A DNA stretch of 64,000 nt, taken from positions 8,127 through 72,126 of the forward strand of contig JAPLVZ010000012.1 in NCBI GenBank assembly GCA_026396805.1, in the 5' to 3' direction. This document shows positions 21,475 through 31,585 of this stretch, in pieces; position 1 is the first letter of the stretch, and every line of letters starts with the position of its first letter. This stretch comes from Candidatus Falkowbacteria bacterium (lineage in GTDB: Bacteria; Patescibacteriota; Patescibacteriia; Patescibacteriales; UBA12465). Position numbers and translations under genes: made by a program. Under the pieces are notes generated by a model, which did no database searches, was not told where the DNA came from, and saw only the letters and a program-made list of their open reading frames with translations.

Positions 21475-24400
21475 ATGCTTTCAGAATTACTGAAACAATT
21501 GAATAAGGAACAGCAAACAGCCGCGACTCACGATCAGGGGCCGCTTTTAATAGTCGCCGGCGCCGGTACGGGCAAGACCACGGTTCTGATAAACCGCTTG
21601 GCTTATCTGATAATGGAGAAGAAAATAAAAACTGACGAAATTCTGCTCCTGACTTTCACGGAAAAGGCGGCCGGGGAATTGGAAGAGAGAGCGGACAAGA
21701 TTTTGCCTTACGGCTATGTGGATTTATGGATTAATACTTTCCACGGGTTTTGTGAACGAGTACTAAGAGAATTCGGTTTGGATATCGGGCTTAATCCCGG
21801 TTTTAAACTCTTAAATTCGACCGAGCAATGGGTCTTAGTCAAGAAAAATTTAAATCGTTTCAATTTGGATTATTATCGGCCTCTCGGCAATCCGACTAAA
21901 TTTATTTCGGAGCTGTTGCGGCATTTTTCCCGCCTGAAGGATGAAAATATTTCTGCCGCGGAGTATTTGAAGTATGCGGAAGAGTTGGAGTCTGATCAGG
22001 ACGCCAGATTGAGCGGGAAAAAAATAGGTAAAAAAGTGCTGGTCCTGCCAAAAAAGAAGCCAGTGGCGGCTAAAACGGCCGGCGAAGAAGATGACGACGG
22101 CGAAGAATTGGAAATCGGACGCATTCGAGAATTGGCCGACGCTTATCATACTTATAATCAATTATTGTTGGAGAATAATTTTTTGGATTTCGGCGATTTG
22201 ATCGTTTATGTCCTTAAATTATTCAAAGAGCGGTCAAATATTCTGAAATTTTATCGCGCGAAATTTAAATATATCATGGTGGACGAGTTTCAGGATACGA
22301 ATTGGGCGCAATATGAGTTAGTGAAGATGCTGGCCGCGCCGAAAAATAATTTGGTGGTTGTGGGCGATGATGATCAGTGTCTGCCGGGCGATGCTTTAGT
22401 TTTGACTAAAACCGGACAGAAAAAAATTAAAGACATCAAGACGGGCGATGAAGTGGCGACGGCCGTCGGAAAAGGAAGTTTGAGTTATAGTCGGGTCGGG
22501 CATGTTAATAAAACAAAAAAAATCGCGTTGTTATTATCATTCGTTACTAAATCCGGCAAAAAAATAACAGCGACCGATAATCATAAAATGTTCTGTTTCA
22601 TGCCCAGAATCTCCGGTAAGGAATATTTTTATGTTTATCTGATGTTCAAACAGGAATTAGGCTGGCGTTTGGGCATGACTAATGATTTGGCGCTGCGCTT
22701 AAGGCTGGAAAGGTCGGCTGATAATATTATCGCCGTTGGCTGTTATCAAACTATGGCCGAAGCGCGCTATCAGGAAGTATTATTATCTTTGAAATATGGC
22801 ATCCCCACGGTTTGTTTTCAGGAGAGAGACGGTATAATGGATAAAAAGATTTGGAGTTCCAAATTATATAAAGAATTGGATGTGGCGGCCGGTATTCATC
22901 GTTTAGCCCAAGATTTGAATATTGATTTAGAAGCCTCACCCTATTGTTTGGAAGCGGTCAATCGCGGGAACAAATTGCGGATAAAAATCCATTTGGAAAT
23001 GTGTTATCGGAAATATCATTCCAAGGTCGCCAAGAACGGTTTTCTTATTAATCCCGCCGTGGCACATTTATTATCAATCGACACTAGCGATCAACTGACG
23101 ATTCTTAAATTAGAGAAGATGGGTTTTAAAATCAATCCCAGCCAAACCGGTCGGAGATTGCGTTTGACCAGTCCGGATTTAAGCTATTTAGGAAAAATAG
23201 CGCGCCAGGTTCAAAAAGAAATCGGCGGATTCATAGAGCCGCAGATGAAAATTGGCAAGGTTAAAGAAAAATTTTTAAAATCTATAATCGTCCCGGCTAA
23301 AAATATTTTTCCCGGCATGTATTTGCCGATTGTGACGGATGGGGGCGTTATTTATGATCAGATTGTCAGCCGTCAAGAAAACAGGCGAACAGGTTACGTT
23401 TATGATTTAGAAGTTAATCGGACTCATAATTTTGTGGCCAACGGCATCTTAGTCCACAATTCTATTTATAAATTTCGCGGCGCTTCGCTTTCTAATATTA
23501 TGCAGTTCAAGGATGATTATCCGAAAGCCGAAGAGATTATTCTGACGGCCAATTATCGTTCGCGCCAAGCGATTTTAGACTATGCTTATCGCTTTATTCA
23601 AAACAATAATCCCAATCGTCTGGAAACCAGATTAAAGATCGATAAGAAACTTGTCGCTCAAGGCGAGATCAATAAAATTAAATCCGCGGGGCCGGCCGTG
23701 AAGTTTTTGAATTTTGAATCGGCTCATGACGAGCTGTCATACGTCGCGCGGCGGACAGTCGAACTTCATGAAACGGATAACGGTCAAGGGGCGAGCACGG
23801 GAGAAACTAATTGGTCGGATTTCGCGATTCTCGTGCGCGCGAACGATACGGCCGAAGCTTACGTTAAGGAATTGAGCCGTCAAAATATTCCCAACCAATT
23901 TATGTCTTGGCGCGGACTTTATTATAAGCCAATTATTTTAGATATCTTAGCTTTTTTCAGGTTACTGGATAATTATCATGAATCCGCCGCGCTTTTTCGC
24001 GTTTTGAATATGGAAATATTTAAAGTGGCGCACCTTGATCTCGTGAATATCAATAAAACGGCGGTGCGCAAAGTTTGGTCTTTGTATGAAGCTTTAAAAA
24101 ATATCAACGCGATTTCCGGCGTCAGCCCCGAGAGTGTCAAGAATATCAATAAGCTTTTGGCGCTGGTTGAAGAGTTTTCAAAAATGGCGGCGACAGCCAA
24201 ACCGACTAAGATTTTTTTGCGCTTCGCTTACGATTCCGGGCTGCTCGTCGGGCTAGATCATGACCGGGACCTGGAATTATTTTCATTTTTAAACCAGCTT
24301 TATCAGAAGATAAAGACCATGGAAGAAACCGAACCGGATTTGCGCTTGGGAGAATTTCTTTCGGCGATAAATATGGAGCTGGAAGCGGGTGAAACCGGTT

Positions 24401-25656
24401 CTTTAAAACTGGATTTCGCCGACAGTGACGCGGTTAAAATTATGACGGTCCATGGCGCCAAAGGCCTGGAGTTTAAATACGTTTTTATTGTTAACCTGGT
24501 GGATAAGAAATTCCCGACCGTCGCCCGCAGCGAAAAAATTTCTATTCCCGACGCTTTGGTTCGCGAAAAATTGGCGGAAGCGTCAGACGCGCATCTGGAA
24601 GAAGAACGCCGATTGTTCTATGTGGCGGCGACGCGCGCTAAAGCTGAATTATATCTGACCGGTGCCAAAGACTACGGCGGAGCGCGTGAGAAGAAGCCGT
24701 CGCGCTTTATTGCCGAGATGGGACTCACGAGTGCCATCGGGCCGGAACTGGCGCTAAGCGAGAAAAACGAATTTTTGCGCGATTTGCATTATCTTAACGC
24801 CCGCGAACTGGCGCCGCTTGAAAAAAGCGCGGCGGAAAAATATCCGCTCCCGGATAAATTTTCTTTTTCGCAATTGGCGGCCTATTCAATTTGTCCGCTC
24901 CAGTATAAATACGCTTTCATTTTAAAAATTCCCGCCTCCACCGATAAGGCCTCGCTCATTTTCGGACGGGTGCTCCATAATACTTTATATAATTTCTTAC
25001 TCCCCTTCTTAAGCGAGCGAAAAATACTACAAGGTGATTTGTTCGCCGGATCGGAGGCATCCGCCGGTAAAAACGCGTCGGGAAAAACTGGAGCCAATCT
25101 TCTAAGCGAAGCGAGATTAATGGAATTATACGCGGAGTTCTGGCGGGCGGACGGTTACGCCTCCAAAGAAGAGCGGGAGAAATATAAGATTAAGGGCCGT
25201 GACGCTTTGAAAAAATTCTTGTCTGCTTATCAAGTGGCGTCGAGCAAGACGGAAATATTATTTTTGGAGAAGAAATTTTCTTTTAAGATCGGCAGTGACG
25301 TCATTAAAGGAGCGATTGACCGCGTTGATAAGCTCGGTGATGGAACTTTAGAGGTTATAGATTATAAAACCGGAAAGAATCGGGCGAAATTGGAGTTTAA
25401 GGATAAGCGCCAATTAATCCTGTATCAATTGTTTCTGGAAGAATTTTTGGGAGTTAAAGTCAGCGCCTTGAGTTATTATTATTTGGAGAGCGGCGAAAAG
25501 ATTTCGTTTATGGCGACGGCTAAAGATATCACTAAATTGCGCGTCAGTGTCATTGAGGAAATCGCGGCTATTAAGAAACGGGATTTTACACCGACGCCCT
25601 CGCCAATGTGTCAGTTCTGCGATTTTAATTCAATTTGTGAGTTTAGAGAGGTTTAA
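21475..25656 (+). CDS. UvrD/PcrA-like helicase fused to a C-terminal PD-(D/E)XK nuclease (AdnAB/AddA-like), intein-containing
   Basis: AGAGTGKT, VDEFQD, VGDDDQ|intein|SIYKFRGA, TVHGAKGLEF, EERRLFYVAATRA. Nuclease GAIDRVD...IDYKTG with Cys motif CP...CQFCDFNSIC. Confidence 0.92.
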   Translation: MLSELLKQLNKEQQTAATHDQGPLLIVAGAGTGKTTVLINRLAYLIMEKKIKTDEILLLTFTEKAAGELEERADKILPYGYVDLWINTFHGFCERVLREFGLDIGLNPGFKLLNSTEQWVLVKKNLNRFNLDYYRPLGNPTKFISELLRHFSRLKDENISAAEYLKYAEELESDQDARLSGKKIGKKVLVLPKKKPVAAKTAGEEDDDGEELEIGRIRELADAYHTYNQLLLENNFLDFGDLIVYVLKLFKERSNILKFYRAKFKYIMVDEFQDTNWAQYELVKMLAAPKNNLVVVGDDDQCLPGDALVLTKTGQKKIKDIKTGDEVATAVGKGSLSYSRVGHVNKTKKIALLLSFVTKSGKKITATDNHKMFCFMPRISGKEYFYVYLMFKQELGWRLGMTNDLALRLRLERSADNIIAVGCYQTMAEARYQEVLLSLKYGIPTVCFQERDGIMDKKIWSSKLYKELDVAAGIHRLAQDLNIDLEASPYCLEAVNRGNKLRIKIHLEMCYRKYHSKVAKNGFLINPAVAHLLSIDTSDQLTILKLEKMGFKINPSQTGRRLRLTSPDLSYLGKIARQVQKEIGGFIEPQMKIGKVKEKFLKSIIVPAKNIFPGMYLPIVTDGGVIYDQIVSRQENRRTGYVYDLEVNRTHNFVANGILVHNSIYKFRGASLSNIMQFKDDYPKAEEIILTANYRSRQAILDYAYRFIQNNNPNRLETRLKIDKKLVAQGEINKIKSAGPAVKFLNFESAHDELSYVARRTVELHETDNGQGASTGETNWSDFAILVRANDTAEAYVKELSRQNIPNQFMSWRGLYYKPIILDILAFFRLLDNYHESAALFRVLNMEIFKVAHLDLVNINKTAVRKVWSLYEALKNINAISGVSPESVKNINKLLALVEEFSKMAATAKPTKIFLRFAYDSGLLVGLDHDRDLELFSFLNQLYQKIKTMEETEPDLRLGEFLSAINMELEAGETGSLKLDFADSDAVKIMTVHGAKGLEFKYVFIVNLVDKKFPTVARSEKISIPDALVREKLAEASDAHLEEERRLFYVAATRAKAELYLTGAKDYGGAREKKPSRFIAEMGLTSAIGPELALSEKNEFLRDLHYLNARELAPLEKSAAEKYPLPDKFSFSQLAAYSICPLQYKYAFILKIPASTDKASLIFGRVLHNTLYNFLLPFLSERKILQGDLFAGSEASAGKNASGKTGANLLSEARLMELYAEFWRADGYASKEEREKYKIKGRDALKKFLSAYQVASSKTEILFLEKKFSFKIGSDVIKGAIDRVDKLGDGTLEVIDYKTGKNRAKLEFKDKRQLILYQLFLEEFLGVKVSALSYYYLESGEKISFMATAKDITKLRVSVIEEIAAIKKRDFTPTPSPMCQFCDFNSICEFREV
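22378..23460 (+). mobile_element. 361-aa intein in helicase motif III, without LAGLIDADG motifs
   Basis: CLPGDA...TDNH...VYDLEV...NFVANGILVHN|S. Confidence 0.93.
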
Positions 25657-25712
25657 GAAAGAAAAGCTTAATACGAGTTTAAGATTTAATTCAAAATTTA
25701 AAATTTAATCAT

Positions 25713-26735
25713 ATGTCTAATACTACCGACCGTTTAATCAGTCCGATAGAACGCCAAGGCGATGAGGCGCTTGATTTATCGTTGCGTCCGAAGTCTTTAA
25801 AGGAATATGTCGGTCAAGCTAAAATCAAAGAGAATCTGGAAATAATGATCGCGGCCGCGAAAAAACGCGGTGAGCCGATTGAGCATATTTTATTATACGG
25901 CGCTCCGGGATTGGGTAAGACGACTCTGGCGCATGTCATCGCTAATGAAACTGGCGCCAACATTCGCGTCACGTCCGGACCGGCGATTGAGAAAAGCGGC
26001 GACTTGGCGGCGATTCTGACTAATCTGGAAGCGGGCGATATTTTATTCATTGATGAAATCCATCGTTTGCCGAAAACGGTTGAAGAAATCTTATATCCGG
26101 CCATGGAAGATTACGCTCTTGATATTATTATGGGCAAGGGGCCGAGCGCGCGGACGCTGCGTTTGGACCTACCGAAATTTACGATCATCGGCGCGACGAC
26201 TCTGGCCAGTTTATTATCCGCGCCGCTGCGGGATCGTTTCGGCGTCACGCATCACCTTAATTTTTATGAAAATAGCGACCTGGAAAAAATTATCGGCCGC
26301 AGCGCCGGAATCCTAAGTATTGATATGGACGCCGACGCCCGGAAAGAAATCGCCCAGCGCAGCCGACGGACGCCGCGCATCGCTAATCGTTTATTAAAAC
26401 GGGTACGTGATTATTGTGAGGTGAAAGGCGACGGCCGAGTGGCGCTAAAAGATAGCCTGGAAGCTTTCAAGATGCTGGAAATAGACGAACTCGGGCTTGA
26501 TTTAATTGACCGCCGGATTTTGGAAACGATTATCGATAAATTCAAAGGCGGCCCGGTCGGATTGAATACACTCTCCGCGGCCAGCGGCGAAGAAATGGAG
26601 ACGATTGAAAATATTTATGAGCCATATCTCATGCAACTCGGATTTTTAGACCGTTCGCCGCGCGGACGGGTCGTAACGGCGCTCGGTTATCAGCATTTGG
26701 GTTTGAAAGGACCGGGGACGGATAAGTTGATATAA
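25713..26735 (+). CDS. ruvB: Holliday junction branch migration helicase RuvB
   Basis: [45 protein letters not shown]. Confidence 0.98.
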   Translation: MSNTTDRLISPIERQGDEALDLSLRPKSLKEYVGQAKIKENLEIMIAAAKKRGEPIEHILLYGAPGLGKTTLAHVIANETGANIRVTSGPAIEKSGDLAAILTNLEAGDILFIDEIHRLPKTVEEILYPAMEDYALDIIMGKGPSARTLRLDLPKFTIIGATTLASLLSAPLRDRFGVTHHLNFYENSDLEKIIGRSAGILSIDMDADARKEIAQRSRRTPRIANRLLKRVRDYCEVKGDGRVALKDSLEAFKMLEIDELGLDLIDRRILETIIDKFKGGPVGLNTLSAASGEEMETIENIYEPYLMQLGFLDRSPRGRVVTALGYQHLGLKGPGTDKLI

Positions 26736-26807
26736 AGGGGAATTAATATAATCCGGTTGAGTTTTTATGGAAAATTATAAAATAATCTTGGGGATAGTTG
26801 TTTACTA

Positions 26808-26846
26808 TTTTTTATTTGACTAAGATTAATAAAAGTGCTTTAATAT
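26808..26846 (+). repeat. 39-bp promoter-like block, repeated at 31635-31673
   Basis: TTTTTTATTTGACTAAG(A/C)TTAA(T/C)AAAAGTG(C/A)TTTAATAT, 3 mismatches; contains TTGACT-17-TTTAAT. Confidence 0.8.
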
Positions 26847-26875
26847 TAGAGGAATATACATAAATAAATATCCAT

Positions 26876-27745
26876 ATGAGTAAGAAAAAAGTATTGGTCG
26901 GTTTTATCGGCCAGGGTTTTATCGGCAAGAATATGGCCGATGATTTTGAAGCCCGGGGTTATAAGATTATCCGTTACAGCGATAAAAATTACGCCGCCAA
27001 TAAAGACTTGATCAAAACGTGCGATTTCGTCTTTATCGCCGTGCCGACGCCAAGCACGCCGCACGGTTTTGATGATAGCATCCTTTGGGAAGTGATTAAG
27101 CTGGTCGGCGACGGAAAGACCGCGATCATCAAATCAACGATCAAGATAGGCACGACGGAAAAAATTCAGCGCCAGTACCCGAAGAAATACATCCTGCATT
27201 CGCCGGAATTCTTGACGGAAAAGAACGCTGTCTACGATACTAAATTTCCCGTCCGTAACATTATCGGTTATACGGATCAATCCAAGCCCAAGGCCGCGGC
27301 GGTCTTAAAATTATTACCGAGTGCGCCCCATAATTTTTTGGTCGGGAGCCGGGAAGCGGAACTGGTCAAGTATATGGGCAATAATTTCCTTTTTTTGAAA
27401 GTCATCTTCGCCAATATCGTTTATAATCTGGCCAGGCGGAAGAAAATAGATTATGGCATTGTCGCCGATATCGTCGGTCATGATTCCCGTATCGGATTCA
27501 GCCATTTGGCTATCGCCCATCAGAGCGGGCTGCAAAGTAAGATAGGCCGAGGCGCGGGCGGACATTGTTTTATCAAGGATATGTCGACTTTCGTAGAAAT
27601 GTTTAAGGAAGAGCCGCTTAAAAGCCAGGAGGATAAAATTGCTTTAGAATTCCTCAATCAGACCGTGAAGCTCAATAATCAACTGCTCGTAGATACCGGC
27701 AAAGACCTGGATTTACTCCGGGGAGTTTATAAAATAAAGAAATAA
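26876..27745 (+). CDS. Short UDP-glucose/GDP-mannose dehydrogenase family protein lacking the C-terminal UDP-binding domain
   Basis: [37 protein letters not shown]; only 289 aa. Confidence 0.85.
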   Translation: MSKKKVLVGFIGQGFIGKNMADDFEARGYKIIRYSDKNYAANKDLIKTCDFVFIAVPTPSTPHGFDDSILWEVIKLVGDGKTAIIKSTIKIGTTEKIQRQYPKKYILHSPEFLTEKNAVYDTKFPVRNIIGYTDQSKPKAAAVLKLLPSAPHNFLVGSREAELVKYMGNNFLFLKVIFANIVYNLARRKKIDYGIVADIVGHDSRIGFSHLAIAHQSGLQSKIGRGAGGHCFIKDMSTFVEMFKEEPLKSQEDKIALEFLNQTVKLNNQLLVDTGKDLDLLRGVYKIKK

Positions 27746-27749
27746 AGCT

Positions 27750-28706
27750 ATGAAGATTCTGATTACCGGCGGCGCCGGATTTATCGGCTCGCATCTCTGT
27801 AAACGGCTCCTGGAAGAAGGAAATGAAGTAATCTGCCTGGATAATTTTTTTACCGGCGACGAGGCCAATATCCGGCCGCTTTTGAAAAATCCGAAATTTG
27901 AACTGCGGCGGCATGATATCACTTCCCCTTTAAACATAGAAGTTGATCAAATTTACAATTTAGCCTGCCCGGCTTCGCCCATCCATTATCAATTTGATCC
28001 GGTCCAGACTACAAAAACCTCTGTTTATGGCGCTATTAATGTCCTGGATTTGGCGAAAAGAACCAAGGCGACGATACTTCAGGCTTCTACTTCCGAAGTT
28101 TACGGCGACCCCGAAGTCCATCCTCAACCGGAAACTTATTGGGGCAAGGTCAATTGCATCGGAATCAGATCTTGTTACGATGAGGGGAAACGTTGCGCCG
28201 AGACTTTGTTTTTTGATTATTATCGTCAATACAAAACTGATATCCGGGTGATACGGATTTTTAACACTTACGGACCGAATATGCACCCCGGTGACGGCCG
28301 CGTTGTTTCTAATTTTATCGTTCAGGCCTTGAAAAATAAAGATATCACGATTTACGGCGACGGTTCGCAGACCCGCAGTTTTCAATATATTGATGATCTT
28401 ATTGAGGGGATGATTAGGATGATGAATAATCAGGAGAAATTTATCGGTCCGATTAATCTCGGCAATCCGGAAGAGTTTACCATTAAGGAACTGGCAGAAA
28501 CGGTTTTGCGGCTGATTCCGGAGAGTAAGAGTCGGATAATCTACAAAGATTTACCGGCTGATGACCCGCGGCAGAGAAAGCCGGATATAACCCTGGCTAA
28601 GACGAAACTGGGCTGGGAACCGAAAATAAGGCTTGAAGAGGGGCTGAAAAAGACGATTGAATATTTTAGGAAGGGAGTGAAGTGTCCGAAAAAATCGGAC
28701 AGTTGA
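27750..28706 (+). CDS. UDP-glucuronate decarboxylase (UDP-xylose synthase family SDR)
   Basis: [50 protein letters not shown]. Confidence 0.93.
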   Translation: MKILITGGAGFIGSHLCKRLLEEGNEVICLDNFFTGDEANIRPLLKNPKFELRRHDITSPLNIEVDQIYNLACPASPIHYQFDPVQTTKTSVYGAINVLDLAKRTKATILQASTSEVYGDPEVHPQPETYWGKVNCIGIRSCYDEGKRCAETLFFDYYRQYKTDIRVIRIFNTYGPNMHPGDGRVVSNFIVQALKNKDITIYGDGSQTRSFQYIDDLIEGMIRMMNNQEKFIGPINLGNPEEFTIKELAETVLRLIPESKSRIIYKDLPADDPRQRKPDITLAKTKLGWEPKIRLEEGLKKTIEYFRKGVKCPKKSDS

Positions 28707-28800
28707 AAATGTTGGCTCAAGACGGAAAAACGCGTGAAACTCATAAAAAAAGGCGGCTAGGGCCGTCTTTTTGGATAGAGGAAAAGGGGGCGCTATTATT
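28670..28800 (+). repeat. ~125-bp diverged repeat (Bro-N fragment plus terminator-like hairpin); second copy at ~29975-30100
   Basis: Both copies share ATGTTGGCTCAAGACGG(A/G)AAAA(C/T)GCGTGAAACT...GCCGTCTTTTTG...CGCTATTA. They encode [24 protein letters not shown] and GSESVTKCDKLEMLAQDGKMRET. Confidence 0.85.
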
Positions 28801-28846
28801 TATCATTAGCTAGAAATTTCGGTTGGTTACAATTTGTAACCGTTTC
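28799..28846 (-). pseudogene. Bro-N hairpin fragment
   Basis: Minus strand reads ETVTNCNQPKFLANDK, homologous to QLSTICRQLKLEASDGK; palindrome GGTTACAA-T-TTGTAACC. Confidence 0.65.
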
Positions 28847-28848
28847 TA

Positions 28849-29793
28849 TTACTTTTTTAATCTTTTTTGATTATACTTCGCCAATTCTAATCTAACTTTC
28901 TCCTCCATATCGTCACGAGACACGGCGCCGGCGTTATTTAATACTTTTTCCTTATTAAAGATTAGAAACTCGTTCAATTCATTAACCCAATCTCTCATAT
29001 ACATTAATCTTTCTTTAACGCTTTGCAGTTCGGCAAAAGACAAGAATTGCTCTACCAGTAAATTCAGTCTCTTAAGCTCCAATTCTTCCAGATAATTTTT
29101 AGCGATTTCCGCCTGTTCGCGAGTAATAATTTCCCCTGGCCAATTAGTTAAACCGAGGTTTTCCTTAGAGCTGTCTATCCGACTGTTAACTATCTCCGCG
29201 TCCGTCAGTCCGCTGATGGCATAATGGAATTTATTCTGCACCATCGCAAAAAATTTCTGGGCGTAATCGGTTTTAGGGCTATAATCAACGCTAAGGGCAA
29301 AAATGTCTCTGACTTTTTGATAGAAATTAGCCTCCGAGGTTCTTATCTTTCGGATTCGCTCTTTCAATTCCTGAAAGTATGATTTGGCGACCTTACCGCC
29401 GGCTAATCGCTCATCGTCCATCACGAACCACTTGATAATATACTCTTTTAGCTTTTGAGTCGCCCAGATGCGGAATTGCGTGCCGCGGAGGGAATTAATC
29501 CGATATCCGACCGAGATAATCGCGTCTAGGTTATATAAATTTACGGGTCTTTTCACCTCCTTATTTCCTTCTTTTTGAACTATCAAGTATTCCTTGATAG
29601 TTTGGTTTTCGCTAAGTTCAGCCTCATTAAACACATTTTTTAAATGTAGATTAATATTAGCGACGCCGCAATTGAATAACTCTGCCATTTGAACCTGACT
29701 TAACCAAACAGTCTCATTTTCAAGCTTAACTTCCAGTTTCATCTTCCCGTCTTCCGTGCTGTAAATAATGATTTGATTGTTTTTGTCATTCAT
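28849..29793 (-). CDS. RhuM-family (virulence RhuM) DNA-binding protein
   Basis: ETVWLSQVQMAELF, YNLDAIISVGYRINS.RGTQFRIWAT, MDDERL, IRKIRTSE, KNYL...EL. Confidence 0.9.
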   Translation of the reverse strand: MNDKNNQIIIYSTEDGKMKLEVKLENETVWLSQVQMAELFNCGVANINLHLKNVFNEAELSENQTIKEYLIVQKEGNKEVKRPVNLYNLDAIISVGYRINSLRGTQFRIWATQKLKEYIIKWFVMDDERLAGGKVAKSYFQELKERIRKIRTSEANFYQKVRDIFALSVDYSPKTDYAQKFFAMVQNKFHYAISGLTDAEIVNSRIDSSKENLGLTNWPGEIITREQAEIAKNYLEELELKRLNLLVEQFLSFAELQSVKERLMYMRDWVNELNEFLIFNKEKVLNNAGAVSRDDMEEKVRLELAKYNQKRLKK

Positions 29794-30171
29794 AAGATTT
29801 GCTCCGCCTCCGCTTATTGGCGGCCACGCGGATTAAAATTAATTATTATATTATTCAGCTTAGCAAAACAGCGATAAAGCCAAGTTAAATAAAAAATAAA
29901 GGATTTTTTTATTTGACGCCGGAGACGGAAGTGAAGTGGTCACAAACCGTGACAATTTGTCACGGTTTCGTTAAGGAAGTGAGTCTGTCACAAAATGTGA
30001 CAAACTGGAGATGTTGGCTCAAGACGGGAAAATGCGTGAAACTTATAAAAAAGACGGCCAGAGCCGTCTTTTTGAATAGGGGGAAAGGGAACGCTATTAC
30101 CGTCTTTTAGAAACGCTTTTTATCAGTCCGATGACTCCTCTCCACGCTTAGTTTATATTCATCTATTCTCT

Positions 30172-30375
30172 TTACAAAATGTGTTTAATGAGGCTGAGCT
30201 TAGCGAAAACCGAACTATTCGGAAATTCCGAATAACTGCCGCTGACGGAAAAACATATGATACTAATCTTTATAATCTTGACGTAATTATTTCCGTGGGT
30301 TACCGAGTTAACTCTCTCCGTGGCACTCAATTCCGTATTTAGGCAACCCAGAAGCTAAAAGAATAAATAATAAAA
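30172..30375 (+). pseudogene. RhuM internal fragment with two stop codons
   Basis: LQNVFNEAELSENRTIRKFRITAADGKTYDTNLYNLDVIISVGYRVNSLRGTQFRI*ATQKLKE*IIK. Confidence 0.85.
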
Positions 30376-30450
30376 TTTTATAGAACTTATCCAATTGTCG
30401 CGACACTGTCACGACAATTAAGCTAGTCACATTATGTTGAGTTAATTGAG
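30376..30450 (+). pseudogene. DUF1016 fragment carrying a variant palindrome
   Basis: FYRTYPIVATLSRQLS*SHYVELIE versus FYRAYPIVQTVSAQLSWSHYVELIE in the intact gene ~500 bp downstream. Confidence 0.85.
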
Positions 30451-30482
30451 CTCCTTTGTGAAGAGAGAGGGGGCTCTTTTTT
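30448..30482 (+). terminator. Terminator-like hairpin
   Basis: GAGCTCC / GGGGCTC stem followed by T6. Confidence 0.5.
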
Positions 30483-30589
30483 GTATGGAAAAGCAGTTTG
30501 TCCGATGTTTTCACGTCAGAAAAAGTCTTTATCTTTTCTTCATATCCGGTTTGGTATAATAGGGTGATTATTATTAATCATTTAAATTT

Positions 30590-31585
30590 ATGAAAAAAGT
30601 AAAAATCAGCGGAATTAATAAAAGCCTGGCAAATCCAAGCGATTATGGGAATCTATTACATGAGTTAAAAGGAATTATTATTAAAGGACAAAACAAGGCC
30701 TATAAAGCCATAGATAATATTAAAGTCCAGACGTATTGGCAGATAGGCGAACGGATAGTTAGGGAGGAATTAAAAAATAAAGATAGGGCTGAATATGAAA
30801 AGTATTTAATAGAGAATCTGGCCGTAGATCTAAATATTGGCAAACGCGTTTTATATGAAATAGTTAAATTTTATAGAGCTTATCCAATTGTGCAGACAGT
30901 GTCTGCACAATTGAGCTGGTCTCATTATGTTGAGTTAATTGAACTAAGTGATAATAAAGAACGTCAATTTTACGAAAGTAAGATAGTAGCTAACTCCTGG
31001 TCTATCCGGGAACTTAAAGAGCAGATTAAAAATCGTCTCTATCAGAAAACCGATGACAAAGAAAAGGAAAAAATGTTAAAAACCAAGCTTCCGGCTGTAG
31101 TCGACCTGCAAAAAATATTCAAGCCCGATTACGATTTTAATTTTTTAGAAATAGCGCCCAGCCATCAAGAAAAAGAGCTGGAAGATAAAATCATTTCCAA
31201 TATCGAATATTTCCTCAAGGAATTAGGTAATGATTTTATGTTTCTGGGTCGACAAGTACCCATATTAATCGATAATGAGAAGCATTATATCGATTTAGTC
31301 TTGTATCATCGCGGCATTCCTTGTGTTATTCTAGTCGATCTTAAGGCTGATAAACTAGATAGCCGCGATATCGGTCAAATGAATAAATATATTGGCTATT
31401 ATCGCCATAATAGACAGTATGTTTACGAAAACGACACTATTGGCCTTATTATCTGTAAAGAACTGGGTCATGAAGAAGTAATCTATGCTTTAGACGGTTT
31501 AGAGGAAAAGATATTTGTTTCTCTATATAAAACAAAACTGCCAAGCGAAGAGAGAATTAAACGAGCGGTGAGAGGGATAAATTAG
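30590..31585 (+). CDS. DUF1016 / YhcG-family PD-(D/E)XK nuclease
   Basis: YWQIGERIV, LSWSHY, WSIREL, ELGNDFMFLGRQ, IDLVLYH, VDLK, GQMNKY. Confidence 0.9.
   Translation: MKKVKISGINKSLANPSDYGNLLHELKGIIIKGQNKAYKAIDNIKVQTYWQIGERIVREELKNKDRAEYEKYLIENLAVDLNIGKRVLYEIVKFYRAYPIVQTVSAQLSWSHYVELIELSDNKERQFYESKIVANSWSIRELKEQIKNRLYQKTDDKEKEKMLKTKLPAVVDLQKIFKPDYDFNFLEIAPSHQEKELEDKIISNIEYFLKELGNDFMFLGRQVPILIDNEKHYIDLVLYHRGIPCVILVDLKADKLDSRDIGQMNKYIGYYRHNRQYVYENDTIGLIICKELGHEEVIYALDGLEEKIFVSLYKTKLPSEERIKRAVRGIN

Noticed and set aside
26876..27745. ugd as a pseudogene
   Set aside because: The ORF is clean, the catalytic Cys motif is intact and it is tightly coupled to uxs, so it is treated as a short-form protein.
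29913..30110. 65-aa ORF as a real gene
   Set aside because: It strings together out-of-frame Bro-N fragments and a terminator.
28670..30482. CRISPR array or integron attC array
   Set aside because: The palindromes differ in sequence, are irregularly spaced and translate as pieces of known gene families. No cas gene or integrase is present.
28670..30913. Diversity-generating retroelement (template/variable repeat pairs)
   Set aside because: No reverse transcriptase in the window, and differences between copies are symmetric and not restricted to adenines.
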